Origin: a virus
Strand: one strand, 5' to 3'
Virus record (IMG/VR): IMGVR_UViG_3300034121_000940
Span: 57,673 to 121,672 of that record
Length of the DNA stretch: 64,000 nucleotides
Each line of letters starts with the position of its first letter. Within the stretch, counting starts at the first letter, position 1. Below the pieces are notes generated by a model. That model was not told the DNA's origin. It did not search any database and saw only the letters and a program-made list of their open reading frames with translations. This document shows, piece by piece, positions 1 to 10,321 of the stretch. A program made the position numbers and the translations under genes.

Positions 1-479
1 GTCTTATAATCTATGATATTTATTTTACCATTTACTACTTCAACTAAATCTGATTGACCACAAATACCTGCAGATTTAAGATACACCATGTGCTCAGGAT
101 ACACACCTTCTTCAAGTTTTTGTGAAGGAGCCATTTTTATACCACTCTCAAGTAAAGGTACAGGAGCTATAATAGGAACTGTCTTACCCTCTCTTTCTAT
201 AGAAGCAAGCGCACATAAATCAGCTTCTCTTTGATTATGATAATATGTACCAAGAGTTACAGCTCTATCAGCCTCAGCTTCCCAAATTTCCTGAATTTTC
301 TTTGGATCAATACCAAACCATTTAGATCTTTTATTCTTGGAAACTTTTTCAGCAATCTTTTTTGCTTCAAATGGTTTCTTAAAATGGGATACTAATGTTG
401 TTACACTGATCCAATCAATGTTATCTTCAGCTGCTAAGCTTTTATAACTGTGATCTGTTGCATTAAAGTATATGCTCAT
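1..479 (-). CDS. PD-(D/E)XK (Cas4/RecB-like) exonuclease, truncated by the window edge
   Basis: Not in the ORF track. Manual translation from ATG at 479 gives MSIYFNATDHSY...SVTTLV...GTYYH...PEHMVY...GICGQSDLV...IIDYKT, with the SVTT, GT.xH, G..D and DYKT motifs. Confidence 0.85.
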   Translation of the reverse strand, partial: MSIYFNATDHSYKSLAAEDNIDWISVTTLVSHFKKPFEAKKIAEKVSKNKRSKWFGIDPKKIQEIWEAEADRAVTLGTYYHNQREADLCALASIEREGKTVPIIAPVPLLESGIKMAPSQKLEEGVYPEHMVYLKSAGICGQSDLVEVVNGKINIIDYK

Positions 480-810
480 AACCTTCATTTTTTAATATAG
501 TAGCTGCTAATTCTCTTGATGCTTCATCATTTGACTCAATCATGTTTAGTATATTAACAGTTTCTTCTCTTGTAAACTTACCTTCTAATACTAGTATTTT
601 AAGAAACATAATAAGATTATTTTTCTTTAAAGATCTTATAAGTGCCACTGTTATATCCTCCGTTCCTGAATCATCCATGATTGATAAAGGAGCAGTCATC
701 ATTGATGAAGTATCAATAGAGTTCCAAGTAGCACCACCACTGTTACTAGTAATAATACTAGATGTTATATCAGATGCAATTGATATTGGTTGGTTAAAAG
801 GATGTGACAT
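463..810 (-). CDS. hypothetical protein with the MxxSxDxxxxxLAxxIL helix motif
   Basis: ORF packed into the operon; C-terminal NMIESNDEASRELAATIL. Confidence 0.6.
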   Translation of the reverse strand: MSHPFNQPISIASDITSSIITSNSGGATWNSIDTSSMMTAPLSIMDDSGTEDITVALIRSLKKNNLIMFLKILVLEGKFTREETVNILNMIESNDEASRELAATILKNEGYEHIL

Positions 811-811
811 A

Positions 812-1117
812 TTATTTAAGATTATCTAGTTTATCTTCATCTTCTTCAGTAACTACAGCATTCCATTTTTCTTTTGGACACTCTGATGATAATGCTCTTG
901 TTTTAAATTTAAAAGCACAACCACAAATACTGCAACAAGGTTGAGAACCTGTAAGTGCACAAGATTTTCCTACTTCATCTTTAAATTCACATGTATTACA
1001 TACTGCTAATCTTTCTGCAGCAATCTCTTCAACAAATTCATCTCTTATTATTGAATTTGTAATACCTTCCATAATCTGTTTTCTATTCTTCCAGATTTCC
1101 TTTAGACTTGGTTTCAT
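812..1117 (-). CDS. small Cys-rich (Zn-binding) protein
   Basis: CNTC, C..C, CSICGC and CPKEKW pattern. Confidence 0.7.
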   Translation of the reverse strand: MKPSLKEIWKNRKQIMEGITNSIIRDEFVEEIAAERLAVCNTCEFKDEVGKSCALTGSQPCCSICGCAFKFKTRALSSECPKEKWNAVVTEEDEDKLDNLK

Positions 1118-1472
1118 ATTTAGATTGTTTAAAGTTGGTTTTTCTTTCTTCTTCTTTAGTAATCATTTCATGCAAATTCTTCATTGCTTCAAGTTTTGCT
1201 TCCAAAACTTTCTTGTGATGATAAGCAGCAAAGGTAGATGTATCATGTGTTACTAATTTTGTTTCTATGGTTTCTATACCTTTTTTAACAGCATATGGTT
1301 TAGCAGCAAACTGTCCTAAACCATCTACGTTAATTCTAGGATGAGCAAGACTTGACAGTTTTTTTCTTAATGTTTTATAAACATGTTCCATCAAATCTTC
1401 TACTAAGTTTTGATCAACTTCTAATTCCTCAGAAATTGTCTTATATAAGTTGACTGCTTTCTTGGGATTCAT
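1083..1472 (-). CDS. HU/IHF-like DNA-binding protein
   Basis: Helix pair (ISEELEVDQNLVEDLM) followed by RINVDGLGQF, matching the HU V.I.GFG.F motif. Confidence 0.6.
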   Translation of the reverse strand: MNPKKAVNLYKTISEELEVDQNLVEDLMEHVYKTLRKKLSSLAHPRINVDGLGQFAAKPYAVKKGIETIETKLVTHDTSTFAAYHHKKVLEAKLEAMKNLHEMITKEEERKTNFKQSKYETKSKGNLEE

Positions 1473-1830
1473 AGCCTAATAATTTATAGTCAAGTAATAT
1501 TGTTCCTGCTGTTTGAATTTTCAATGTTGGATTAAGCATTACTTGTTTTTTATTATTTGGGTCCTTTACAACTAATCCATTTTTCTCAGCTTTGTTTACA
1601 CAGTTTCTTACAGTTTGTGGAGACTTAAATATCCACTCTTCTTCTGCAGAAGCATCATAACAAAAATGAGTTAGTTCTATTGGCTGATTAAAACTTAATA
1701 GTGTCAAACAGTTTAAATCAGATTCACTCATTACTATACGGTTAATATAGCAATGAGTTAAGATCTGAAATTTAACCACATCCCATTTAGGCATTCTAAC
1801 CTTTTTCTGAACTTGGTTAACTGTTGCCAT
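1441..1830 (-). CDS. putative winged-helix DNA-binding protein
   Basis: SPQTVRNCVNKAEKNGLVVK resembles a wHTH recognition helix plus wing. Confidence 0.5.
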   Translation of the reverse strand: MATVNQVQKKVRMPKWDVVKFQILTHCYINRIVMSESDLNCLTLLSFNQPIELTHFCYDASAEEEWIFKSPQTVRNCVNKAEKNGLVVKDPNNKKQVMLNPTLKIQTAGTILLDYKLLGYESQESSQLI

Positions 1831-1832
1831 TC

Positions 1833-2114
1833 TTATGATTTTTTAAGTTTTCTTTCTGCTGTAGGAGCTGGTGTTTCTTCATCCTCTTCACGGTCACTTG
1901 TGTCTTGCTCTTGTTGTGCCGCCATGATGTTAGCCCATTGCATTTGAATTGTTACTCTCTTAAATCTAGCTTCCTCAATTTCTGTTAGTAACTTCTCATA
2001 CTTAGATTGTGCTTCCAAATAAGGTACAGACTCTTCATAGAAAGCTTTCATTTCTTCCTTTCTCTGAATTAATTCTTCCTGAGTTAATTCTCTTTCATCT
2101 GTTACATTTTCCAT
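1833..2114 (-). CDS. hypothetical coiled-coil protein
   Basis: ORF in operon with an AT-rich leader. Confidence 0.65.
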   Translation of the reverse strand: MENVTDERELTQEELIQRKEEMKAFYEESVPYLEAQSKYEKLLTEIEEARFKRVTIQMQWANIMAAQQEQDTSDREEDEETPAPTAERKLKKS

Positions 2115-2237
2115 TTTTTATATTTTTAAAGTTTAAACAAAAATACTAATAAAGTTTAAATTTTAAATATTTAAAAACTAAAAAATCCAGATGTATAAAC
2201 ACCTGGATTATTGTAACCACCATTACGGTAATGAGCA

Positions 2238-2396
2238 TTACCTATTTTTAACTGTAAAATTTAATAAAGTAAAACAGTAAAAATCTCTACTTGCATCAAT
2301 TTCAATACTAAACAAATCTAAACTAGATAGTCTTACTTTAAGAATTAATTTATCCCATTGTTTATTTTTAGATACCCAATTATTTCTTAGTTTCAT
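2238..2396 (-). CDS. small 52-aa protein after the endolysin
   Basis: Manual translation MKLRNNWVSKNKQWDKLILKVRL...TVKNR; ATGA overlap with the endolysin stop; followed by a hairpin at ~2183-2209. Confidence 0.6.
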   Translation of the reverse strand: MKLRNNWVSKNKQWDKLILKVRLSSLDLFSIEIDASRDFYCFTLLNFTVKNR

Positions 2397-2989
2397 ACTG
2401 GTTCAAATTCATTTAATAAGACGTAAGTAACTTTTTTTTGAGACTTTAACATTTTTACAAGAGCTAAATGTTTTTGTTTATTATTACAAACTTGACAACC
2501 AGCAGACCAAGTACCAATATTTTCTTGCTCACCTTTAAAAGAATCATCATAAGTAGCAGCATGAAAATTAATACCATAACCAGAACCTTTAATTGGAACT
2601 CCAATTTCTTCTGATTTGTTATCTCTATCACCATCTCTAAAAATTATAAAATTACCAACTTGTTTTAATGCTGGCATTTTACCCATATGTAAACCATATT
2701 TCCATACATTATAATACCATTCATCAGCTTTAACAATAGCTGCACCTAATTTATTATATTTTAAAAAACCACCTTCTAAAACAGGTGTTCCTGGATTTGT
2801 TGTCCCTAATAAAACAGAATCAAACTTTTCACCTTTAAATATATAAAATTTATCATCAAATTTATTAGGTGCATCTTCATTTGATCTTACACCCAAAATC
2901 CAATAATCTTCAGGAATAGATTTATATGATGGTAATGACTTTACTTTTGCAAGCAATTGCTTATCATTGTATGCTCTTACATTAATCAT
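2393..2989 (-). CDS. putative endolysin, L,D-transpeptidase (YkuD)-like catalytic domain
   Basis: GINFHA...WSAGCQV matches the H-x(n)-S-x-G-C catalytic motif; next to holin-like genes. Confidence 0.65.
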   Translation of the reverse strand: MINVRAYNDKQLLAKVKSLPSYKSIPEDYWILGVRSNEDAPNKFDDKFYIFKGEKFDSVLLGTTNPGTPVLEGGFLKYNKLGAAIVKADEWYYNVWKYGLHMGKMPALKQVGNFIIFRDGDRDNKSEEIGVPIKGSGYGINFHAATYDDSFKGEQENIGTWSAGCQVCNNKQKHLALVKMLKSQKKVTYVLLNEFEPV

Positions 2990-2999
2990 AAATTAGTTT

Positions 3000-3227
3000 T
3001 TAATGTTCTACTTGAGAATCTTCAACTGTAAACTGAGACATAGTTGCAATCAATCCACCTCCAAATGCTGCATATGTTCCTGCGGTAATGATGACTGCTG
3101 GTAATGCGATTGGTGCTGTAGCAATAAATGTTCCTAATGCTGTCAAACCTAAACCTAGACTTTGTACTTTTTTCCAAAATTTAGGTGTTGGCGAAAACCA
3201 TCTTTGTTTTAAAGTTAATCCTTCCAT
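3000..3227 (-). CDS. holin-like membrane protein
   Basis: 75 aa, two hydrophobic segments, basic N-terminus (TPKFWKKV), next to the endolysin. Confidence 0.65.
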   Translation of the reverse strand: MEGLTLKQRWFSPTPKFWKKVQSLGLGLTALGTFIATAPIALPAVIITAGTYAAFGGGLIATMSQFTVEDSQVEH

Positions 3228-3229
3228 AA

Positions 3230-3538
3230 TTATACTGTTTTTGGTCTTTTAATTATTAACTCTCTTACTGCATCTGAAAGTTCACTAACATGCTTGGCAA
3301 GATTTTTAATTTCAAGCTGAGTCAACTCCTGAATAGCTTGATATTTTAATTGGTTTTCTTGTTGTACTAACTCAATTTTTCCTTTAAGTTTTCCAAGTTC
3401 TTCAGATGTTTTTGTATGATTATTTATTAATAGCTCAATGTCTTTTCTAGTATCATTGTAAGCTGTTCTTAAAAAGAAACCAAAAATTGTAATTATTGTT
3501 GCTGCAATAAATAATATAACTGTAAGCATTTCATTCAT
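3230..3538 (-). CDS. membrane-anchored coiled-coil protein (lysis accessory)
   Basis: N-terminal transmembrane helix followed by a coiled coil; first gene of the lysis cassette. Confidence 0.55.
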   Translation of the reverse strand: MNEMLTVILFIAATIITIFGFFLRTAYNDTRKDIELLINNHTKTSEELGKLKGKIELVQQENQLKYQAIQELTQLEIKNLAKHVSELSDAVRELIIKRPKTV

Positions 3539-3551
3539 AATAAAAATTTTT

Positions 3552-3582
3552 ATATAATAATATACTAAAAAAATTCTACAAA
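3552..3582 (-). promoter_or_regulatory. candidate late promoter TTTGT-N13-TATATTAWTATA
   Basis: Same two elements with identical 13-nt spacing also at 10069-10098 and 11649-11678, each just upstream of a minus-strand gene. Confidence 0.55.
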
Positions 3583-3585
3583 CTA

Positions 3586-3828
3586 CTATAAATAGTACTC
3601 ATTTCTTATCTGAATTGGAACATTGTCCATCTCTTGAAACTTTTCAAATAAGATAGGTGTCTGAGTAATAGTTAATCCAGGTATTTCTTCTAATGCTTCT
3701 TGCTCATTAGGAAAAATAAAAAAGCTTGCTATGTAATCTGATATCTGTGAATCAGATGGTCTTAAACAAACATTAGCCTCTAAATCCGGCTCAATAAAAT
3801 AACTTGTTGATAATGTAAACTGTTTCAT
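3586..3828 (-). CDS. hypothetical protein after the tail fibre
   Basis: ORF abutting the tail-fibre stop. Confidence 0.55.
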   Translation of the reverse strand: MKQFTLSTSYFIEPDLEANVCLRPSDSQISDYIASFFIFPNEQEALEEIPGLTITQTPILFEKFQEMDNVPIQIRNEYYL

Positions 3829-3830
3829 AA

Positions 3831-6800
3831 TTATAAAGAATAAACACCTAATCTATAAACATCAAATTGTCCTGAGTTATTAACTCCACCTCCGGATGTA
3901 CCCATTGTTCTTACACCAAAGAAATTTAATCCTACCGTTGATGCGGGTAGATTTGTATTTAATACACCTTGTGCAACAACACCAGTTTCTTTATTTACAA
4001 TTCTATAAATAACATCTGTTGATCCAGGAGCATTGTATAAGTAACAAGAATAAATAGTAGTAATAGCGGCACCAGCAGTTCTGTTTGACGGGAATGAAGC
4101 ACCTAAATCTGTTTTAGTTGCTGTACCTGAAGCATCATTATACATAATTTGCAAGTTAGCATCTCCTGAATCATTAGCAAAAGCTATGATGTTTGTTAGT
4201 GCAGATGGTTGATCATTATTACTACCACCAATTGCTAAATCTGCTGTTGAAGAAGCTACTCCCCAAAAGTTATGTGTACCAGTAGCTGTAGCTGTATCTG
4301 AAATATTAAATTCACCAGTATATAAAAAACCACCAGTAACATACCATAATAATACAGAACCTCTCATACCAGAATATCTACCAGTTGCTGTTATAGACGC
4401 TGTTACACCTAATCTAATACTTTTGGTAGCATATGAAGTTGTTCCTACAGAACGTGCTGTATTTGTACCACTTGTTGATAAAGTAATACCAGCAGTAGTA
4501 TCAATAGTAGTTGAATTATTTCTAAAAGTTGCACCTCTCCAAATTTCATTACCTTGTAGTTTAGGAATTAACGATTCTTCATATACTGGTATATTTAATG
4601 TAGTTCCTGTAAGAGTTGCTGCACCACTTGTACCAGTATTTGTTACAGTTAATATATCACTAATTGTTTCTGCAGCTGTTCTATATTTTACAATACCATT
4701 ATCACTTACTAAAATTTTACCAGTATTAGTAGTAGCATTTGCTACAGTAGATATTTTAACGTTACCATTAACTTCTAATTTGGCTGATGGTGTAGATGTA
4801 CCAATACCAAGATCACCATTTGCTAACATAGTCATTTTGATGTTACCAAAATTACTCCATCTAAATAAAGGTCTATTAACAACTTCTGAACTACCGATTC
4901 TTACATCATGGTTTAATAATGGTTCTGTACCTGTATCATTTGTTCCATTACCAAAAAGATATAAAGCAATCTTATCACTTGCATTATAACCCTGCAATGT
5001 TGGAATAAAATTACTATCAACACCTGTAGCATTACTAATTCTAAAATAAGATGAATCATCACTTACATCAAATTGAGCAATAGTTTCACTATCACTAGGT
5101 ATCTCTATACTTCTTACATGAAGCGGTGCTGTAGGATTAATAAGTCCGACACCTACTTTACCTAAATTATCAATTACAAATGGTGATGAATCTACATTGT
5201 TATTATCTTCTACTAAAAATGAATTAGCAGATGATGTATTATTAACATGTAGTCTAGCTGTTGGTGATGTAACTGTAGTACCAATACTTACATTACCTCC
5301 AGTTACTCTAACCGTTTCTTGTGATCCATCAAATAATCTTATAAGAGGTCCTGAAATGATAGCCTGGTCTCCTTGAGCTCTAAAGTAATTATCATCGCCA
5401 TACTTTAATTCTGACCAAGTTGCACTATCAATTGTTAATTGAGCACTTATATCTTTTAATCTTACATTACCTAAAGTATCTAATTTATAAGCAGGTGTTG
5501 TGGTTCCAATACCAACATTGCCATTTTTAAGTAAATGAATTCCTGTGGTTAAATCATAACCAGTTGTTGATGATGAACTTCCTACAGTCCAATGAGAACT
5601 TATTAATGAAGAATTTAAACCGTATGTACCAAAAAACACGGTACCATTTGTATCACTTGTTGATATTTTACTCACTCCAGTCCAACCACCGGTATTAAGT
5701 GAGCTCATATCTAAATTTGTTCCTGCACCATAACTTCCAAACAAAATACCTCCAGCTGGTCCAAGTTTGTAAGTACCATCTACTTCTAATTTTTCTGTTG
5801 GTGTAGTTGTACCTATACCAATATTAGTTCCTGTATCAGTAATAATACCTTGTTTAATTATTTTTCCTGTTGTACCATCAAATACAGGTATAGTATTATT
5901 AATTGAACTTGCAGGACCAGTTACAGCACCTACAATATTTTTTTGAATTACATTCCAGTATTGACCTACAGTAGCTTGATTACCAGACACAGTCCCATCT
6001 GTGTTACATATAATCATATCTCCTACTTCAACATCTATACCGCTTGCACCACCAATTTTACCAGCAACACTTGCAATATACATCCATCCGGCATCTGCTG
6101 CAGGATAATTAGGATTTGTAGAACAATCAATAGTTCCTTTATATACTAAAGCATTAGAATTACCTAATATATTGTCTGTATAAACTTTGACTGCATTCTG
6201 TGTTGGGTATAATGTATCTGATGTACCTAATGAAACATCAGTTGATTTATTTGCTTGATCTTCCGGAGTATATCCTAAAGCAGTAGCAACTGTAATTTCT
6301 TCTACAGAACCTGTTCCTGCTGTGGTTCTACCAAGAATTTTAGAAGTTGACATTGATAGCTTACTAACACTAATTGCAGCAGTTGCTGAAATATCAGAAT
6401 CTACAATAGTACTAGCAGGACTTTGAAAAACTCCATTTACAACTTTTACAACACCTGTTCCAGCAACAGAAGGGATTGTAGTATGAACGTGAGATGGATG
6501 TAATGAATCAAAATAAAATACAACTTGTCTTGATTGTGTTACATTTTTTTGTGCCCATAATTCTATATAAATTCTTTCTGTTGATAGAATTGTTGTTTGA
6601 GGCATTGTAACATTTGCAATATACTGTGCTGTTGTTACAGGATCATAAATATAAACATCATCTGAATTAGCTAAAGATGTATATACTCCTGTACTTGAAT
6701 TATATTTATAAATTCTTATTTGAAATTGTGTTTGATTAGTTGAGCCTCCACTTCCAGCAACAGATGCCCAAATATTAAAATCCCATAAACCTCCAGGAAT

Positions 6801-7349
6801 ATCAGTAACTCCAGGTGTTCCTGTAATAGTAACAAATCCACATACTAAACTGTATGAACCATTTGTTAAATTAGCAGAAGTAACAGAACCTGTACCTACA
6901 TTATATGTTATACCTAATTGAGATACTGCTACAGGGGAGGTTGGTAAACCAGTAGTAGGAGATATATCAGTAGTATTTTGGTAGTTTAAATAATAAACTA
7001 TACCACCCCCTCCGGAACCACCGTTAGGAATAGCTCCCGGAACCCATGCGCTACCATTCCACTGAAGTGTTTGACCAGTTGAAGGTGTAGCATTACTTAC
7101 AGGATTTCCTTGTAAACCATCAACAGTTGGGTTAGGATATGTACCAGTTAAATCACCACCAGCAGAACCCGTTACTCCCATTATATTCCAAGATGTTCCA
7201 TCTGAATAATAATATTGGTCAGACCAATACACTATTCTTTTAGTATTAGCACTTGCTAAATTAGTTGTAATATCTAATGTATCTGCTTTTAAATTATTAA
7301 TATCACTGCCTTGAAGGTTGATATCAACAAAAAACTTCTTCTCTGCCAT
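3831..7349 (-). CDS. tail fibre / receptor-binding protein
   Basis: G/T/S-rich; five GNVGIGTTTP-type repeats; GGDLTGTYPNPT motif. Start placed at MAEKKFF (7349) because the upstream gene has the same N-terminus. Confidence 0.75.
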   Translation of the reverse strand: MAEKKFFVDINLQGSDINNLKADTLDITTNLASANTKRIVYWSDQYYYSDGTSWNIMGVTGSAGGDLTGTYPNPTVDGLQGNPVSNATPSTGQTLQWNGSAWVPGAIPNGGSGGGGIVYYLNYQNTTDISPTTGLPTSPVAVSQLGITYNVGTGSVTSANLTNGSYSLVCGFVTITGTPGVTDIPGGLWDFNIWASVAGSGGSTNQTQFQIRIYKYNSSTGVYTSLANSDDVYIYDPVTTAQYIANVTMPQTTILSTERIYIELWAQKNVTQSRQVVFYFDSLHPSHVHTTIPSVAGTGVVKVVNGVFQSPASTIVDSDISATAAISVSKLSMSTSKILGRTTAGTGSVEEITVATALGYTPEDQANKSTDVSLGTSDTLYPTQNAVKVYTDNILGNSNALVYKGTIDCSTNPNYPAADAGWMYIASVAGKIGGASGIDVEVGDMIICNTDGTVSGNQATVGQYWNVIQKNIVGAVTGPASSINNTIPVFDGTTGKIIKQGIITDTGTNIGIGTTTPTEKLEVDGTYKLGPAGGILFGSYGAGTNLDMSSLNTGGWTGVSKISTSDTNGTVFFGTYGLNSSLISSHWTVGSSSSTTGYDLTTGIHLLKNGNVGIGTTTPAYKLDTLGNVRLKDISAQLTIDSATWSELKYGDDNYFRAQGDQAIISGPLIRLFDGSQETVRVTGGNVSIGTTVTSPTARLHVNNTSSANSFLVEDNNNVDSSPFVIDNLGKVGVGLINPTAPLHVRSIEIPSDSETIAQFDVSDDSSYFRISNATGVDSNFIPTLQGYNASDKIALYLFGNGTNDTGTEPLLNHDVRIGSSEVVNRPLFRWSNFGNIKMTMLANGDLGIGTSTPSAKLEVNGNVKISTVANATTNTGKILVSDNGIVKYRTAAETISDILTVTNTGTSGAATLTGTTLNIPVYEESLIPKLQGNEIWRGATFRNNSTTIDTTAGITLSTSGTNTARSVGTTSYATKSIRLGVTASITATGRYSGMRGSVLLWYVTGGFLYTGEFNISDTATATGTHNFWGVASSTADLAIGGSNNDQPSALTNIIAFANDSGDANLQIMYNDASGTATKTDLGASFPSNRTAGAAITTIYSCYLYNAPGSTDVIYRIVNKETGVVAQGVLNTNLPASTVGLNFFGVRTMGTSGGGVNNSGQFDVYRLGVYSL

Positions 7350-7383
7350 TTTATTATTTTTTACAAATATAGTATATTTAAAA

Positions 7384-7412
7384 AAACCCACCCCTATTAT
7401 GGAGTGGGTTTA
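7384..7412 (-). terminator. intrinsic terminator
   Basis: aaacccac.cc / ggagtgggttt stem with a T-run on the minus strand. Confidence 0.55.
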
Positions 7413-7436
7413 AGTTGAGTTTTTGTTAATTAGGTA

Positions 7437-9392
7437 TTATAAATTACCATTTGCCTTAACCAAACAAATAGAAACATCAGTTGAAAAAGCAATATTACTT
7501 CTTACTGTCATATCACCAGCAGTAATATCATAATTAATTTCAATAGGATCAGTATTACTACTACCCTGATAAGTATTTACAATTAAGAAAGGAGTACCTA
7601 AAGGATTAACAAAGTTAAAATAATATTCCCCTGCTATTGGTTCAAAAATCCAATCACCAATTGAAATAATTTCAGTGTGAGATAGTGCTTTAATAGCATT
7701 ATTTCTATCAGTTACTTCTTGAGAAATAGCAGAATCAGTATAAGCATTAGCATTATCTTGTGCATTAGCTTGTGCAGCTGAAGTAACATCATCAACATAA
7801 ATTTTGTTAGCAGCGTCACCGTCAGCAGTTGGAGCTGGTAAGTTTGTAATTGTATTACCAGCAGCCATGTTTAATTGAGTATAAACATCTATTCCATTAA
7901 CAGTTGATGATGTAAGTTCTTCTGTTACAACCAGTCCAGCATTGTTTATTGTGCCACCACCCATGTCAAGGGTTCCAGTCATAGTACCACCAGCTAAGTC
8001 TAATTTAAGAGCATCAGCATCGTCAACATATGTTTTGTTGGTAGCATCACCTCCGTTAATTGGTGCAGCAAGGTCAACAATTTTATTATTATCTAAAGAA
8101 AGTTCACCATTTAGTGTGCCACCATTGATTGATAAAAAGTTATTATCAACATAAGTTTTGTTAGTAGCATCAGTTCCAAGAGTAGGTGTACCTGTTAAAT
8201 TTGTGATTTTACTAATTCCAGCAAGGCTTAAATTTCCACCACTCCATGTAAATCCAGCAGTACCAGCATGATTACTTACCTCATCTGTTCTAACAGCATT
8301 AAGATTAGTAACCTCGTTCATACCCATATCAATACTACCCGACATAGTACCACCAGTAAGTGATAATTTCAATGCATCTTGGTCATCTACGTAAGTTTTG
8401 TTAGCTGCGTCTCCACCGTTAGTTGGAGCTGTTAAATTTTTAGGTAAATTGTTACCACCAAAATCTAAGCCATTATCAACTATAATGTCAGAACCATAAC
8501 CATCAAGGTTATTAGTTGAAATTCTATCAGCAGAAACAAAATCAGCACCGCTAATACTATTACCATTCATATCAATAGTACCAGACATAGTACCACCTGC
8601 CAATGGCAACTTGTTAGATGTGTTATCATCTACATAAGTTTTGTTAGCTGCGTCTCCACCGTTAGTTGGTGCTGGTAAGTTGATAATAGTTTGAGTATTT
8701 ACAGCATCTAAAGAACTATCTAAAGTAATATTTTCATTAATATATGCAGACAAAATATCTGTAACAACAGAACCAGCACCAGCAATTTGATTACCAGACA
8801 TATGAATATCACCAGACATAGTACCACCTTGCTTGCTTAACTTGTCGTTAATCTCAGGAGTAATTTGAGCATCAATTTTACCTTGTAATGTAGCTGGAGT
8901 AATAACAACTGCACCACTAATAATACCATCATTAGCTTCTTCTTGTGTAGCTAAACGAGAAATACCATCTACTGAATCAGTTGCAATAACTATGTTACCT
9001 TGTAAAATCAACCAGTCTGCAATTGTTGCACCAGCATTATCAACTTTAGCAACAATTGAATCACCAACTTGTACAGACTCTCCTAAGAAAGTACCTGCTG
9101 CAGTTGCTGCCCAAAAGAAACCTTTTAATGCTGATCCGTCTGCAATATCAGGAGTATTAGTTGTTGGATCATATCCACCTTGGAAGATCAAACCACCTGT
9201 TACTGCTGAGATATCAGATAAGTTAGCTACATTTTGAGTAGCTGTACCATTGAAATATTGTAAACGGTGTGAAGCTGAATCATATCCAAAAGCACCTTCC
9301 GTTGAACCAATACCCGTGTTAGTTCCAATTTTTGCGTTAGTTAACGCACTACCTTGTAGATTAATGTCTACAAAAAACTTTTTTTCTGCCAT
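7437..9392 (-). CDS. tail fibre protein with DAxNKxYVD repeats
   Basis: Five P..G.DA(A/T)NK(T/I)YVD...L...GGTM(S/T)G repeats typical of phage fibres. Confidence 0.75.
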   Translation of the reverse strand: MAEKKFFVDINLQGSALTNAKIGTNTGIGSTEGAFGYDSASHRLQYFNGTATQNVANLSDISAVTGGLIFQGGYDPTTNTPDIADGSALKGFFWAATAAGTFLGESVQVGDSIVAKVDNAGATIADWLILQGNIVIATDSVDGISRLATQEEANDGIISGAVVITPATLQGKIDAQITPEINDKLSKQGGTMSGDIHMSGNQIAGAGSVVTDILSAYINENITLDSSLDAVNTQTIINLPAPTNGGDAANKTYVDDNTSNKLPLAGGTMSGTIDMNGNSISGADFVSADRISTNNLDGYGSDIIVDNGLDFGGNNLPKNLTAPTNGGDAANKTYVDDQDALKLSLTGGTMSGSIDMGMNEVTNLNAVRTDEVSNHAGTAGFTWSGGNLSLAGISKITNLTGTPTLGTDATNKTYVDNNFLSINGGTLNGELSLDNNKIVDLAAPINGGDATNKTYVDDADALKLDLAGGTMTGTLDMGGGTINNAGLVVTEELTSSTVNGIDVYTQLNMAAGNTITNLPAPTADGDAANKIYVDDVTSAAQANAQDNANAYTDSAISQEVTDRNNAIKALSHTEIISIGDWIFEPIAGEYYFNFVNPLGTPFLIVNTYQGSSNTDPIEINYDITAGDMTVRSNIAFSTDVSICLVKANGNL

Positions 9393-9429
9393 TTTTATTT
9401 TTATTTAAGTTATATAATAATATAATGAA

Positions 9430-9681
9430 TTAATTACAATAAACAAAACCTGTAACAGGAATATTAAATATTACGTTTACAGTATTGTTATTTATCCAAT
9501 CAATTTGAGCAATAATTTCATTTTGATCTTCATCAACTACTTGTACAGAACATTTAGTATTTAAATTATGAGTAACAACCCAAGTAGTTGCGGGAACTGA
9601 TTGAGTATGTACATAGCTTATATCTTGTAATGAATTTACTAAGTCAAACTCACCAGATACTGGGTTATATTTATTTTTCAT
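9430..9681 (-). CDS. small tail-associated protein
   Basis: YVHTQSVPATTWVVTHNL...VQVVD motif seen in tail-fibre-associated domains. Confidence 0.6.
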   Translation of the reverse strand: MKNKYNPVSGEFDLVNSLQDISYVHTQSVPATTWVVTHNLNTKCSVQVVDEDQNEIIAQIDWINNNTVNVIFNIPVTGFVYCN

Positions 9682-9683
9682 AA

Positions 9684-10049
9684 TTATGAATATTGAATTT
9701 GTGTAACATTTCTATTAGCATCATATGTAAGAGTTTCAATAATAGTTTCTGCACCATATTCTGTTGTTCCTGTATGTGTAATACTTGTAACATCATTATT
9801 ACCATTATATGCTAGAACTCTATTATAGTTAGCTGATCCTTGAATTCTACCTATTTTAGATATTGAATTCTTTTTTATTGTTTCTACTAATGCTTCAACT
9901 AATATTAATGTAGTTTCTGTAGCAACTCCTCCTGGAGGTGCAAAACCAGAAATACCATCTGCAATTTGCTGAAGGCCTTGTAAAGTTTTTAATTGATATG
10001 GAAAGTTAGAACCTTTGTTCCCAGTATCTTTTAAGTTCCCTATTGACAT
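9684..10049 (-). CDS. putative structural protein
   Basis: Probable start MSIGNLKD, just below the promoter-like motif; lies among tail genes. Confidence 0.55.
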   Translation of the reverse strand: MSIGNLKDTGNKGSNFPYQLKTLQGLQQIADGISGFAPPGGVATETTLILVEALVETIKKNSISKIGRIQGSANYNRVLAYNGNNDVTSITHTGTTEYGAETIIETLTYDANRNVTQIQYS

Positions 10050-10150
10050 GATATAAATATTTAGACTATATATTAATATAAGTAAAATATTTGACAAAAA
10101 CAAAAAACCCTAGACAGTTATGCCTAGGGTTTAATATACTGCTGTAGGAA

Positions 10151-10321
10151 TTATTCTGAAACTGCAGTTAATTCCGGTATAGAAGCTTTTACTTCTTCTA
10201 AATTACGAAAAGTGTTTAGTGCTAACAATACTTTATTAACATCTGGTAATGAATACACACCTTTCAAGTTAGCAAGATTTACTGCTTGCTCAATAACATT
10301 TAATGCTTCAGCTGGAGTCAT
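10151..10321 (-). CDS. small 56-aa protein
   Basis: Manual translation MTPAEALNVIEQAVNLANLKGVYSL...; followed by a hairpin at 10105-10132. Confidence 0.6.
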   Translation of the reverse strand: MTPAEALNVIEQAVNLANLKGVYSLPDVNKVLLALNTFRNLEEVKASIPELTAVSE

